Shown here in pieces: positions 21,137 through 31,401 of a DNA stretch of 64,000 bases; the first letter of the stretch is position 1; each line of letters begins with the position of its first letter. The DNA is from an uncultured Methylomirabilota bacterium (GTDB taxonomy: Bacteria > Methylomirabilota > Methylomirabilia > Methylomirabilales > 2-02-FULL-66-22), in NCBI GenBank assembly GCA_963705305.1, contig OY970067.1, forward strand, positions 2,944,001 to 3,008,000. The letters are read 5' to 3'. The notes beneath the pieces are model-generated. The model worked only from the letters and a program-made list of their open reading frames with translations. It was not told the origin of the DNA and made no database searches. The position numbers and the translations under genes are program-made.

Positions 21137-21643
21137 ATGAAAAGACATGCGATCCGACGCGGTGGAATCGGGACGGGCCTGTTGGCGGCGGCCCTGGTGC
21201 TGGCAGCCGGGTGCCAGTATGCGCCGCCCCCGCTGCCCCGGCTGCCCATCCAGGTGGAGGTGGAGAACTCGGGCCCCCTGCGCGTGGCGGTCGTGGACAC
21301 GGTCAAGCGCCCGGTGCCGGCGGTGGAGCTGTCGGGGTTCCTCAAGGCGGGGGTCCGCTGGACCTACACGGTCCAGTTCGCCAACACCGGCTCGGTCGGC
21401 ATCCGGCTGCTGGAAGTGGAGGCCACCGTCGAAAGCTTGAGCGGGGTGACCAGCACCCGGACGATTCCGCTGCCCAGCCGGGTAGAGCCCGGAGGCACCA
21501 CCCCGGTCGCCATCGAGGCGGTCCTCACCACCTCCAATCCCGCGGAGCCGCAGAATCTGACCGGGGTGCAACGGCTGGTGTTCCTGGGGCGGGACGATCG
21601 GGGGAATCCCCTCCGCGTGACCGTGCGCGTCCCGCTGGTGTGA
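21137..21643 (+). CDS. Hypothetical lipoprotein
   Basis: Basic N-terminus, hydrophobic core, lipobox LAAGC. Confidence 0.65.
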   Translation: MKRHAIRRGGIGTGLLAAALVLAAGCQYAPPPLPRLPIQVEVENSGPLRVAVVDTVKRPVPAVELSGFLKAGVRWTYTVQFANTGSVGIRLLEVEATVESLSGVTSTRTIPLPSRVEPGGTTPVAIEAVLTTSNPAEPQNLTGVQRLVFLGRDDRGNPLRVTVRVPLV

Positions 21644-21670
21644 GGATGGGGGGCCGGGCGGGAGAGCCGC

Positions 21671-23065
21671 TCAAGCCGACAGGAGCCCGGGCATCTCTTT
21701 CGACGGGGTGCCGGACGCCGAGGCATACAGCCGGAGCTTGCGGTACAGGGTCCGCTCCGAGAGGCCCAGCATCTTGGCCGCCGCGGCGCGGTTTCCCCGG
21801 CAGTGAACGAGGGTGCGCAGGATGGCTTCCCGCTCCAGGTCGGTGATGGTCATTCCCAGCGGGAGGCGCAATCCCTCCTTGGGGCCCATGGCGCGGACGG
21901 AGGGGGGAAGCTCGTTGGCGGTGATGGCGGGCCCCTTGGCCAGCACTACGGCCCGCTCGATGCAGTTTTCCAGCTCGCGCACGTTCCCCGGCCAGGCGTA
22001 GTCCAGGAGGAGGCCCATGGCCTCCTCCCCGATCCGCTCGACAGGTTTCCCCATCTTCTTGGCAAACCGCTCCAGGAAGTGGTTGGCGAGGAGGGGGAGA
22101 TCCTCGGTCCGCTCCGCCAAGTCGGGGAGGGCGATCGTGATGACGTTCAGCCGGTAGTACAGATCCTCCCGGAACGTGCCGTCGGCGACCGCCTGTATCA
22201 GATCCCGGTTGGTGGCCGCGATGAACCGGACATTGACCTTGATGGTCTGATTGGAGCCGACCGGCTTGATTTCTCCCTCTTGGATGGTTCGCAGCAGCTT
22301 TACCTGCATCGCCGGCGGCATGTTTCCGATTTCGTCCAGGAAAATGGTCCCGCCGTCCGCCTCCTGAAAGACCCCGTGCTTGTTGCCGATGGCGCCGGTG
22401 AAGGACCCCTTGACATGGCCGAACAGCTCGCTCTCCAGCAAGGTCTCCGTCAAGCCGCCACAGTTCAGGGCCATGAAGCGCCGATCCCGTCGCGGGCTCT
22501 GGGAGTGGATGGCGCGCGCCACCAGCTCCTTCCCGGTGCCGCTCTTCCCCTGGATCAGGACGTTGCTCTCGGTCCCCGCCAGGTTTTCCAAGAGCTGGAA
22601 AACCTCCTGCATGCGCGGGCTCTTGCCGATGAGGTCCTGATAGGTGTACCGGCGGTCCAGCTCCCGGCGCAGGGCCTCGTTCTCCTGGCGGAGGCGGATC
22701 TCTTCGATGGCCTTCTTGGTCAGATGCAGCAGCCGGTCGCGCGTGATGGGCTTGGTGATGTAGCAGAGAGCCCCTTGCTTGATAGCCTTGACGGCCGTGT
22801 CGATGGTCTCGTAGGCGGTGACGAAGATGACTCCCGGTGTGGCGGCCAACTCGCGCAGGGCCTCCAGGAGGCCCAGGCCGCTCATCTCCGGCAGGCGCTC
22901 GTCGGTGAAGACCAGCTCCGCGGGCTCCCGGCGCAGCGCGGCGAGCGCCCCGGACGCGGTCTCGACACCCCGCACGTGAAAGCCGTCCGACTCCAGCGTG
23001 GCCTGGATGAGACCACGCAGATCGTTGTCGCTGCTGACGACGAGAACGCGCGCGTGTTTGGCCAT
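21671..23065 (-). CDS. Sigma54-dependent response regulator (REC-AAA+-Fis HTH)
   Basis: [49 protein letters not shown]. Confidence 0.93.
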   Translation of the reverse strand: MAKHARVLVVSSDNDLRGLIQATLESDGFHVRGVETASGALAALRREPAELVFTDERLPEMSGLGLLEALRELAATPGVIFVTAYETIDTAVKAIKQGALCYITKPITRDRLLHLTKKAIEEIRLRQENEALRRELDRRYTYQDLIGKSPRMQEVFQLLENLAGTESNVLIQGKSGTGKELVARAIHSQSPRRDRRFMALNCGGLTETLLESELFGHVKGSFTGAIGNKHGVFQEADGGTIFLDEIGNMPPAMQVKLLRTIQEGEIKPVGSNQTIKVNVRFIAATNRDLIQAVADGTFREDLYYRLNVITIALPDLAERTEDLPLLANHFLERFAKKMGKPVERIGEEAMGLLLDYAWPGNVRELENCIERAVVLAKGPAITANELPPSVRAMGPKEGLRLPLGMTITDLEREAILRTLVHCRGNRAAAAKMLGLSERTLYRKLRLYASASGTPSKEMPGLLSA

Positions 23066-23082
23066 CGCTGACCTCGCTGCGC

Positions 23083-23493
23083 TCAGCCTCTGCCTTCCGC
23101 GGGAGGATGAGGCGCCGAATGGGCCCCCGGGCCCGCAGCATGGTCCCGGAGAATCTGCGGCAGTCGTGCCGCAAAGGCGGAGCGGGGCATGACCTCGTCG
23201 CAGCCCGCGTCCGCCGCGGCCGCCTTGAGATCGTCGCGCACGTGGGAGAAGATCCCCAGCGTGCGGGTCCCCTTCAGCTCGGGATCCGCCTTTATCTGCC
23301 GGATAGCCGCCAGGGGCTCGCAGCCCTGGCAGTGCAAGTCCACGATCAACAAGGCCGGATGGCTGGCCCGGGCCCGGGCGATCATCTCGCTCCGCGTGCG
23401 CGCCAGGCTGAGGGGCACGTGAAGCTGCCGCGCGGTTTCCTGGATGCGCGCCTCGAAGAACAAATCATCCATGGCGGCCACCACGCCAGCCAC
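23083..23493 (-). CDS. Single-domain atypical receiver (REC-like) protein
   Basis: MDDLFF, LLIVDL, IKADPEL, AGCDEV pattern; GTG start with GAAGGGG upstream. Confidence 0.7.
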   Translation of the reverse strand: MAGVVAAMDDLFFEARIQETARQLHVPLSLARTRSEMIARARASHPALLIVDLHCQGCEPLAAIRQIKADPELKGTRTLGIFSHVRDDLKAAAADAGCDEVMPRSAFAARLPQILRDHAAGPGAHSAPHPPAEGRG

Positions 23494-23517
23494 GCCCCTT
23501 CCCCCGCCCGCTGCCGG

Positions 23518-24741
23518 CTAGCCCTTGGAGGCCAGCACCTTTGGGACCACGGGCGCGCGGAGGCGGTGGGCCGACTCCAACCCGGATCCCATCAGCGGCA
23601 ACGCATAGCCCCGAAACGCCTCCGTGACGTTGTTCCCGGCATCGTTGATGAAATGATCGGGCATATGGCGGGTCTTGCCGGCGATGTCCATCAGGGGAAC
23701 CAGCCGGTAGTCAACGGCGTAGTCCCCGGTGCGGACGATGGCGATGGAGCCGTTCACATTATCCCGCATGGCGAACTGGGCCCCCTTCTCGCCGACCTCC
23801 CGTGCCTCGCGCTGGTCCACGTCGGAGACGCAGCCGAAGAAGGATCGCTGCAGATACCCGAAGGTGTCGGCGCGCACGCGCTTGATCTTCAGCTGCGCGC
23901 GCACCGCCTCGGCCAAGACGTCCCCCAAGGCCCCCGTTCCCGAGAGCTGTACGTTGCCGTGGGCGTCCTTCTCTTGCAGCTGGATGAATTTGGTCAGGAT
24001 GGGAGTGCCGTCCTCGGCCTGAATTCCTTCCGAGACGGCAACCACGCAGCGGCCGAACTGGTCGTAAACACCCTTGACGTCCGCCAGGAACCGCTCCATG
24101 CTGAACGGCCGCTCGGGCAGGTAGATCAGGTGGGGGCCGTCGTCGGGATACTTGCGGGCGATTGCAGAAGCCGCCGTCAGGAATCCGGCGTGGCGCCCCA
24201 TGACGACCGCGACGTAGACGCCGGGCAGCGATCGGTTGTCGAGGTTCGCCCCGATGAACGCCTGGGCCACGAACCGGGCCGCCGAACCGTATCCCGGCGT
24301 ATGGTCGTTCAGCACCAGGTCGTTGTCGATGGTCTTGGGAATATGGATGGCCCGCAGCTCGTACTGGGCCCGGTCGGCTTCCTGGTTGACGATGTTCACC
24401 GTGTCGGACGAATCGTTGCCCCCGATGTAGAAGAAGTAGCGCACGTCGTGGGCCTTCAGGACCCGGAAGATCTCCTGGCAGTACTTGTGGTCGGGCTTGT
24501 CGCGGGTGGAGAGGAGAGCCGCGGCGGGGGTGTTGGCCACCCGCTCCAGGTTCTGGGAGGTTTCCCGGGTCAAATCGAGGAACGCTTCGTTGACGATCCC
24601 TCGGACCCCCTGCACGGCCCCGTAGACGCCGGTGACCTGGGGAAATTTCCACGACTCCAGGACGGCACCGACCAGCGACTGATTGATGACCGCGGTGGGG
24701 CCGCCCCCCTGGGCCACCACAACCTTTCCAGCCAATGCCAT
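23518..24741 (-). CDS. pfp: 6-phosphofructokinase, probably PPi-dependent
   Basis: QGGGP, GGNDS (Asp at the phosphoryl-donor specificity site), PKTIDND, MGRHAG; GGAG RBS. Confidence 0.85.
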   Translation of the reverse strand: MALAGKVVVAQGGGPTAVINQSLVGAVLESWKFPQVTGVYGAVQGVRGIVNEAFLDLTRETSQNLERVANTPAAALLSTRDKPDHKYCQEIFRVLKAHDVRYFFYIGGNDSSDTVNIVNQEADRAQYELRAIHIPKTIDNDLVLNDHTPGYGSAARFVAQAFIGANLDNRSLPGVYVAVVMGRHAGFLTAASAIARKYPDDGPHLIYLPERPFSMERFLADVKGVYDQFGRCVVAVSEGIQAEDGTPILTKFIQLQEKDAHGNVQLSGTGALGDVLAEAVRAQLKIKRVRADTFGYLQRSFFGCVSDVDQREAREVGEKGAQFAMRDNVNGSIAIVRTGDYAVDYRLVPLMDIAGKTRHMPDHFINDAGNNVTEAFRGYALPLMGSGLESAHRLRAPVVPKVLASKG

Positions 24742-25074
24742 ACCATTCTCCTGCCGCCCAGGATCCATCCTCGGATCGATGGAGGAAGTGGGCGCAAACG
24801 AGACACCGTCCGGCGCTGGCAGTCCAATGGCATGCCCGCCGGACAGACTGTCACTCTTCTATCATATTGACCGAACGCTCGTAAAGGAGAAAGGCGATTC
24901 CCGCGCATGGATACAGAACGGCAGGTGGCTTTGTTTGAGGCCGACGAGGGTCCGAAAATCTTGCGGCGTCTCGGGCCGGGTCGTATGCAGTTCCGCGGTC
25001 GGGGAAGTACCGATGGGAAGGAAGTGGCCGGGCGGATAGCCCGGTTCGCAAAGGCCTAGGGTGGGAAGGCGGGC

Positions 25075-25618
25075 CTAGCGCTTGGTCTTGAGCGCCAGGG
25101 CTTTCTTGATAAGGCCGATGAGCTGGTTGGGATCAAACGGCTTCTGTATGGCCAGGTTTGCTCCTGCATCCACCCCCTTTTCTTTCAGGCGGGGGTCAGC
25201 CATGGCAGTCAGGATGATGATGGGGGTGCGCCGGAGTACGGGGTCGGCCCGCATCTGGCGGCAGAACGTCGAAGCCGCTCATTTTCGGCATCATCACATC
25301 CACCAGAATAACGTCCGGCCGCTCCTTCCGGGCAATTTCGATGCCCGAGGGGCCGTCCGTGGCGGTGATTGCCTTGAAATTCTGTCCCTCCAGGGTGTCG
25401 GTAAAGAGGGCCAGGAGCAGGCGGTCGTCGTCGATGCAGAGGATCTTGGGGCGCGCGGGGGGGGCGGCAGCCGCGGCTGGGGCGGATTCAGCCCCCGGGC
25501 GCGCCTCACCTAGGGGGGAGGCGCAGGACTTGCAGCAGATGATGACCCGCCCGCCTTGGCGAACCAGTTCCCCGGGTTGATCGGCGCCACAGAAAGGGCA
25601 GAAGTAGGTAGGTTTCAC
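25075..25618 (-). pseudogene. Zinc-ribbon plus receiver-domain protein, frameshifted near 25265
   Basis: GTG with GAGGT RBS; CPFC..CKSC then ILCIDDD..DVMMP..GFDV; removing one T gives CRQMRAD..IIILTA..QKPFD..TAG at 25075. Confidence 0.8.
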
Positions 25619-25853
25619 GCTGCACCTCGAATGGCAGGCAATCCCCGATACCCGCACAGATCTATCGATTGGGTGAAAACGTATGGCACACGCCGGTTTG
25701 TGTCAAGTGGAATTCCCAATTCATCCCCGCGGGGGAATTAGGCCGGCCGGAAGCGCCTCCGCGGATCCTCCCTGCCCGCGCCGGACGCGTGGCCCGCGGG
25801 AGCGTCGCAGCCCGCACCCGGTGCAGGAGAGCCGGACGCACGGGAGGTTGACG

Positions 25854-25883
25854 TTGACACCCTTTTGCGGCGGGCAGTATACT
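25854..25883 (+). promoter_or_regulatory. Sigma70-type promoter for glpX-hisS-aspS
   Basis: TTGACA-N18-TATACT; the -10 lies inside the perfect palindrome GGGCAGTATACTGCCC. Confidence 0.65.
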
Positions 25884-25957
25884 GCCCTTCACCGTCCGGG
25901 CCGGCCCGGAGGGGCTGGCCGCCAGGAGCGGCGCGCGGTATCGGGGGGAGAAAGACC

Positions 25958-26914
25958 GTGGAGCGCAATCTGGCTTTACAAGTCGTTCGGGTGACCGAAG
26001 CGGCGGCCTTGTCCTCGGCCCGATGGATGGGGGTGGGCAACGAGCAGGCGGCGGACCAGGCCGCGGTGGACGCCATGCGGCGGGGGTTTGAGGCCGTGCC
26101 GTTGTGCGGGACGGTGGTCATCGGACAGGGGGAGCGGGAGGAGGTGCCCACCCTCTTCAACGGCGAGCGGATCGGGACGGGCGACGGACCGAAATTGGAC
26201 GTGGCCCTCGATCCCCTCGTCGATGCCGACAGCCTGGTGCAGGGTCGGGCCAACACCCTGTCCGTCGTTGCCATCACCGACAGCGGGGGCTTCCTCCGCG
26301 TCCCCGAGACATACATGGAGAAGATCGCCGTGGGACCGAAGGCCAAGGGGGCCGTCGACCTGAGCCTGAGCCCGGCGCAGAATCTGCAGAACATCGCCGA
26401 TGCCATGAAGTGTTACGTGGAAGATCTGACGGTCGTCATCCTCGACCGCCCGCGGCATGTCGACCTGATCCGCTCGGTTCGGGAGATCGGCGCCCGTATC
26501 AAGCTCATCCAGCACGGTGACCTGTCCGCCGCCATCGCGACGGCTTTTCCGGAGACCGGGGTGAACGTTCTCATGGGCATCGGGGGCGCCGCGGAGGGAG
26601 TCCTGGCCGCCGCGGCGCTGCAGTGCCTGGGGGGCGACATGCAGGGCCGGCTTCGGCCGCGGGACGACCAGGAGGTGGAGCGGGCCCGGCGGCTGGGCGT
26701 CAAGGACCCTGACCGGATCTACCGGATCGGGGAGCTGGCCAACGGCGGCGATCTCATGTTCGCAGCCACCGGCGTGACCGACGGCGATCTCCTGCGGGGC
26801 GTCCGCTTCTTCGGCGGCGGGGCTCGGACGCACTCGATTGCCATGCGGCAGCGGTCCGGAACCGTCCGACTCATCGAGACGACCCACCGGTTCGATCGGC
26901 ATCCTGTTTACTGA
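25958..26914 (+). CDS. glpX: Class II fructose-1,6-bisphosphatase homolog with degenerate active site
   Basis: VRVTEAAA, ADQAAVDAMR, YMEKI, LDRPRH, ATGVTDG; catalytic motifs altered (see findings). Confidence 0.85.
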   Translation: MERNLALQVVRVTEAAALSSARWMGVGNEQAADQAAVDAMRRGFEAVPLCGTVVIGQGEREEVPTLFNGERIGTGDGPKLDVALDPLVDADSLVQGRANTLSVVAITDSGGFLRVPETYMEKIAVGPKAKGAVDLSLSPAQNLQNIADAMKCYVEDLTVVILDRPRHVDLIRSVREIGARIKLIQHGDLSAAIATAFPETGVNVLMGIGGAAEGVLAAAALQCLGGDMQGRLRPRDDQEVERARRLGVKDPDRIYRIGELANGGDLMFAATGVTDGDLLRGVRFFGGGARTHSIAMRQRSGTVRLIETTHRFDRHPVY

Positions 26915-26981
26915 CCCGGACAGAAAGACGCTCGGCGAGATCGCGGGGAGAGACGACTGCCGGCAGGAGAAGGGTGGCGGC

Positions 26982-28253
26982 GTGATCAAAGGCGTACGAG
27001 GAGCTCCGGATATCCTGCCCGAAGAGACGGGGAGATGGCAGGCGCTGGAGGCCGTGGCCCGGGACGTGTTCGATCGGTACGGGTACGCGGAGATCCGGAC
27101 GCCGATCTTCGAGCGGACGGAGCTGTTTATCCGCGGGATCGGTGAGGGGACGGACATCGTCGAGAAGGAGATGTACACCTTCGAAGACCGGGGTGGGGAC
27201 AGCTTGGCGCTTCGCCCCGAGGCCACGGCCTCGTTGATGCGGGCCTACGCCGAGCACAACCTGGGGGCCAGGAGCAGCCTGGTAAAGCTGTACCTTGTCG
27301 GCCCCATGTTCCGCCACGAGCGCCCGCAGTCGGGCCGCTTCCGGCAGTTTCACCAGATCGATGTGGAGGCGGTGGGCTCCCCGGGGCCGGCGGTGGACGC
27401 CGAGGTGATTGCGCTCCTCCACCATCTGCTTGAGACGTGGGGGCTGCGGGGGATCCAGCTGCACCTGAACAGCATCGGGGACCCCGTCTGCCGGCCGGCC
27501 TACCGCCAGGCTTTTGTGGAGTACCTGTCTGTCCACCGCGAGGCGCTGTGTGCCGACTGCCACGTCCGCCTGGGAAAAAACCCGCTGCGGGTCCTGGACT
27601 GCAAGCAGGCCGGCTGCCAGCAGATCGCGGTCGGGGCGCCCACCATCACGGGCTACCTGTGTCCCCCCTGCCGCGAGCACTTTGCCGCCGTCCGGACGCT
27701 CCTGGAAGGGCTCAAAATCGACTACGCGATCAACGAGAGGCTGGTCCGCGGCCTGGACTACTACACCCGGACCACGTTCGAATTCCTCAACCCGGCCCTC
27801 GGCGCGCAGAACGCCGTGGCGGGAGGGGGCCGGTACGACGGGCTGCTGGAAGAGCTGGGCGGGCCGCCCACGCCCTCTATCGGGTTTGCCGTGGGGGAGG
27901 AGCGGGTTCTCACCTCCCTGGCGGCCCAGGCCGGTCCGGCAGAGACTCCGTTCTACGTCGGCGTGTACGTGGCGACCGTGGGCGAGGTGCCACTTTCGGC
28001 GGCCTTCGACCTGTGCCAGACCTTCCGGCGGCGAGGGCTCCGGGCCGGACTGGACCTCGAGGGCCGCAGCCTGAAGGGCCAGATGCGCCAGGCCAACAAG
28101 GACCGCTTCCGATACTCGGTGATCCTGGGGAGCGAGGAGCTGGCCCGGGCCCAGGTGACCCTGAAGGACATGCTGTCCGGCGCGCAGCGCGAGGTGCCGC
28201 TGGCGGAGATCGTGGATCAGCTGACCCGGCTGCCCGAACGGGAGATCGTCTAG
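26982..28253 (+). CDS. hisS: Histidine--tRNA ligase
   Basis: LRPEAT, FRHERPQSGRFRQFHQ, LVRGLDYY, GGGRYD. Confidence 0.97.
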   Translation: MIKGVRGAPDILPEETGRWQALEAVARDVFDRYGYAEIRTPIFERTELFIRGIGEGTDIVEKEMYTFEDRGGDSLALRPEATASLMRAYAEHNLGARSSLVKLYLVGPMFRHERPQSGRFRQFHQIDVEAVGSPGPAVDAEVIALLHHLLETWGLRGIQLHLNSIGDPVCRPAYRQAFVEYLSVHREALCADCHVRLGKNPLRVLDCKQAGCQQIAVGAPTITGYLCPPCREHFAAVRTLLEGLKIDYAINERLVRGLDYYTRTTFEFLNPALGAQNAVAGGGRYDGLLEELGGPPTPSIGFAVGEERVLTSLAAQAGPAETPFYVGVYVATVGEVPLSAAFDLCQTFRRRGLRAGLDLEGRSLKGQMRQANKDRFRYSVILGSEELARAQVTLKDMLSGAQREVPLAEIVDQLTRLPEREIV

Positions 28254-30023
28254 ATGAACGACTGGAAGCGAAGCTGCTACTGCGGTGAGGTGGGTGTTGC
28301 GCGGATCGGCCAGACGGTGACCTTGAACGGCTGGGTGGATCGCCGCCGGGATCTGGGCGGGCTGATCTTCGTCCACCTGCGGGACCGAGAGGGGGTCGTC
28401 CAGGTGGTCTTCAATCCGGAGCGGTTCGTCGCCGCACATGGGCTGGCCGAATCCATGCGGCCGGAGTATGTGGTGGCGGTGCGCGGCGAGGTGGCCCGCC
28501 GGCCGGCGGGCAGCGAAAACCTGGATCTCCCGACGGGAGAGGTGGAGGTGATTGCCCGCGAGGCTGTCATCCTCAGTGAGGCCAAGACTCCCGTCTTTCC
28601 GATCGAGGACGAGACCGAGGTGGCGGAGGATGTGCGGCTGGCCTACCGCTACCTCGACCTGCGACGCGCCCCCCTGCAGCGCAATCTTCGGCTGCGGCAC
28701 CGCTTCTATCAGGTGACCCGCCGCTACCTGGACGCGCACGGTTTCCTGGAGGTGGAGACGCCGGTCCTCACCAAGAGCACCCCGGAGGGGGCGCGCGACT
28801 ACCTGGTGCCGAGCCGGGTCAATCCGGGGCAGTTCTTCGCCCTGCCCCAATCCCCGCAGCTGTTCAAGCAGCTCCTGATGGTGGCGGGGTACGACCGCTA
28901 CTTTCAGATCGTCAAATGCTTCCGGGATGAAGACCTCCGCGCGGACCGGCAGCCCGAGTTCACCCAGATCGATATCGAGATGTCCTTCGTGGACCGGGAC
29001 GATGTCCTGGACACGATGGAGGGCCTGGTGGTGGAGCTGTTCCGGGAACTCAAGAGCATCCGCCTCGCGCGCCCGTTTCCCCGGCTCACCTACGACGAGG
29101 CCATCCGGCGATTCGGCCTGGACGCCCCGGACCTGCGATTCGGTCTGGAGCTCCAGGACGTCGGCGACCTCTTCGCCGGAACCGACTTCCGCGCCTTTGC
29201 CCAGCCGCTCCAGGCTGGAGGTCGGGCCATGGCGCTGAATGCCAAGGGCTGCGGGGATTTCTCGCGGAGCCAGGTGGACCAGATGGAAGCCTTCATCAAA
29301 GGGTTCGGCGCCAAGGGGCTGGCTTGGTTCAGGATCGGACCCGACGGCATTCAATCGCCGATCGCCAAGTTCCTCCCGGCCGAGGTTGTGCAGCGCTTCC
29401 GCGAGCGGATGGGCGGCGAGGAGGGGGATCTGCTTCTCCTCTGCGTGGACCGGCCCAAGCCGGCTGCGGATGCCATGGGGCGCCTGCGCCTACGGCTGGG
29501 CCAGGAGCTGAAGCTGATTCCGAGCGATGCGCTGGCCATCACCTGGGTCACCGACTTTCCACTGCTGGAGTGGGACGAGAAGGAGAAGCGCTGGTCGGCC
29601 ATGCACCACCCCTTCACGTCGCCCCAGGATGAGGACCTCCCGCTCTTCGAGAGCGACCCCGGGAAGATTCGGGCCAAGGCCTACGATCTGGTGGTGAACG
29701 GAGCCGAGGTGGGCGGCGGGAGCATTCGGATTCACCGGCGGGAGATTCAGAACATGATGTTTCAGGCTTTGGGCATCGGACCGGACGAGGCCCGGGCGAA
29801 GTTCGGATTCCTGCTGGACGCCTTGGAGTACGGGACGCCGCCTCACGGCGGGATTGCCTTCGGGCTGGATCGGCTGGTGATGATCCTGACCGGGGCGGAG
29901 TCCATCCGGGACGTCGTGGCCTTCCCCAAGACGCAGAAGGCCCAGGACCTCATGACCAGGGCCCCCTCGCCCGTGGACGCCGCCCAGCTCAAAGAGCTCC
30001 ACATCAAGCTGGACCTCGCCTGA
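28254..30023 (+). CDS. aspS: Aspartate--tRNA ligase
   Basis: [47 protein letters not shown]. Confidence 0.97.
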   Translation: MNDWKRSCYCGEVGVARIGQTVTLNGWVDRRRDLGGLIFVHLRDREGVVQVVFNPERFVAAHGLAESMRPEYVVAVRGEVARRPAGSENLDLPTGEVEVIAREAVILSEAKTPVFPIEDETEVAEDVRLAYRYLDLRRAPLQRNLRLRHRFYQVTRRYLDAHGFLEVETPVLTKSTPEGARDYLVPSRVNPGQFFALPQSPQLFKQLLMVAGYDRYFQIVKCFRDEDLRADRQPEFTQIDIEMSFVDRDDVLDTMEGLVVELFRELKSIRLARPFPRLTYDEAIRRFGLDAPDLRFGLELQDVGDLFAGTDFRAFAQPLQAGGRAMALNAKGCGDFSRSQVDQMEAFIKGFGAKGLAWFRIGPDGIQSPIAKFLPAEVVQRFRERMGGEEGDLLLLCVDRPKPAADAMGRLRLRLGQELKLIPSDALAITWVTDFPLLEWDEKEKRWSAMHHPFTSPQDEDLPLFESDPGKIRAKAYDLVVNGAEVGGGSIRIHRREIQNMMFQALGIGPDEARAKFGFLLDALEYGTPPHGGIAFGLDRLVMILTGAESIRDVVAFPKTQKAQDLMTRAPSPVDAAQLKELHIKLDLA

Positions 30024-30102
30024 CCCCGGGCCTCCCGCCGCGTCCGACGTGCCGGCGGGGCGGCCGTGCCGCATCGAGGAGGGCAGCGACCCCTGGAGAT
30101 CG

Positions 30103-30813
30103 TCAGAGCGCCTGAAGATAGGCCGGTCCGCCCAGATGGCCCATCTGCTCCAGGATCCACGCCGCCCGCTCCCGCACGTACTCGGAGGGATGCCCGGCGT
30201 GGAACCGCACCGGGTTCGGGAGCACGGCGGCGAGAAGGGCCGCCTCATCCGCCGTTAACTTCGCCGGAGGCCTAGCGAAGAACGTGTGAGCCGCGGCCGA
30301 CACGCCAAAGATTCCATCGCCGAACTCGGCGACATTCAAATAGACCTCCAAGATCCGCCGCTTCGTCCAGCAGAGCTCCAAGAGCAGGGTGAAATAGGCC
30401 TCCAGTCCTTTTCGGACGTAACTGCGGCCGGGCCAGAGGAACAGATTCCTGGCGACCTGCTGGGTGATCGTGCTGGCTCCCCGCAGGCGGCCGCGCGCCT
30501 CGTCCTCCTTCACAGCTTCTTGGATGGATGCGAAATCGAATCCCCAGTGGTACGGGAATTTCTGATCCTCGGCCGCAACCGCGGCCAGGCGCATCTCGGG
30601 GGAAATGGACTCCCATGCGGTCCAGCGGTACCGAATAACCCTGGGCGGGTTTCCCCGAACGATGTCGGCCGCGCGCTGCTCCAGCATGTACGCGCTCGTG
30701 GGGGGAGGAATCCAGCGCAGGCAGACGACGGGGACGACCGTGACTGCCAACGCCCCCAGCCCCATGTACCAGAGGACCCGGCACACCCGCCTGAATCCGT
30801 GTCTTCGCGACAT
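30103..30813 (-). CDS. mtgA: Monofunctional peptidoglycan transglycosylase
   Basis: AEDQKF, GASTITQQVARNLF, RKGLE, YLNVAEFG, LPNP. Confidence 0.92.
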   Translation of the reverse strand: MSRRHGFRRVCRVLWYMGLGALAVTVVPVVCLRWIPPPTSAYMLEQRAADIVRGNPPRVIRYRWTAWESISPEMRLAAVAAEDQKFPYHWGFDFASIQEAVKEDEARGRLRGASTITQQVARNLFLWPGRSYVRKGLEAYFTLLLELCWTKRRILEVYLNVAEFGDGIFGVSAAAHTFFARPPAKLTADEAALLAAVLPNPVRFHAGHPSEYVRERAAWILEQMGHLGGPAYLQAL

Positions 30814-30990
30814 GGCTGTTGCCGATGCCGCCTCCCTTGGAGGCGGGGGAGGTTCACCCGCACGGTGACCGCGGCGCGCGCGAGGCCCCTTGTCCGATGA
30901 CGCGCCCGCAGGAGGAGGGGGAGGATGCCGTGCGAAGGAAGCACGGCCGCTCGGGCTCACCTGCTTCGAAAGTTCGCAGTGACTGGATCG

Positions 30991-31248
30991 CTAGAGGGGG
31001 GATTTCAAGACGCTCTGCAGCTTCGTGATCAGCGCAAGATTGGGAAGCTCGCGGAGAATCGAGCGGACGGTAAAGCCGCAGCGGCGACAGCGCTTATAGA
31101 CGTAGATCCACCGCCCCTCTTCCTGCGGCTCTCCGAGCACCTCCATGTCGGAAAAGCAACAGAGACCAGACCGCATGGGCGATACGATCCGTTCGGGAAA
31201 CTGATTGCGGGGCCGCTTTGTGTCGGTGTATTCGATAATCGTCGGCAT
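30991..31248 (-). CDS. Small hypothetical Cys-rich (zinc-ribbon-like) protein
   Basis: MPTIIEY..CC..CRRCGF; GGAG-like RBS. Confidence 0.6.
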   Translation of the reverse strand: MPTIIEYTDTKRPRNQFPERIVSPMRSGLCCFSDMEVLGEPQEEGRWIYVYKRCRRCGFTVRSILRELPNLALITKLQSVLKSPL

Positions 31249-31401
31249 TTCCCCACTCCAGGCGCCAGCGGTTTCAATGAAATATATGCATGCGACGTGT
31301 CCTGGAGTCAAGGCAAAAGCCCAACGACTGACGCATACGTATGACCGGAACCAGCCAGGCATCTGCGAGGTCCGCTCGCTCCGCCTCCGCGCCCGGCCGC
31401 C

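Noticed and set aside
4161..29354. Long antisense or alternate-frame ORFs (e.g. 4161-6038, 16077-17990, 23107-24870, 26871-29354) and the 5' extensions of the AOR and nitrilase ORFs
   Set aside because: Shadow ORFs expected from high GC3 codon bias; no family motifs, and they overlap well-supported genes.
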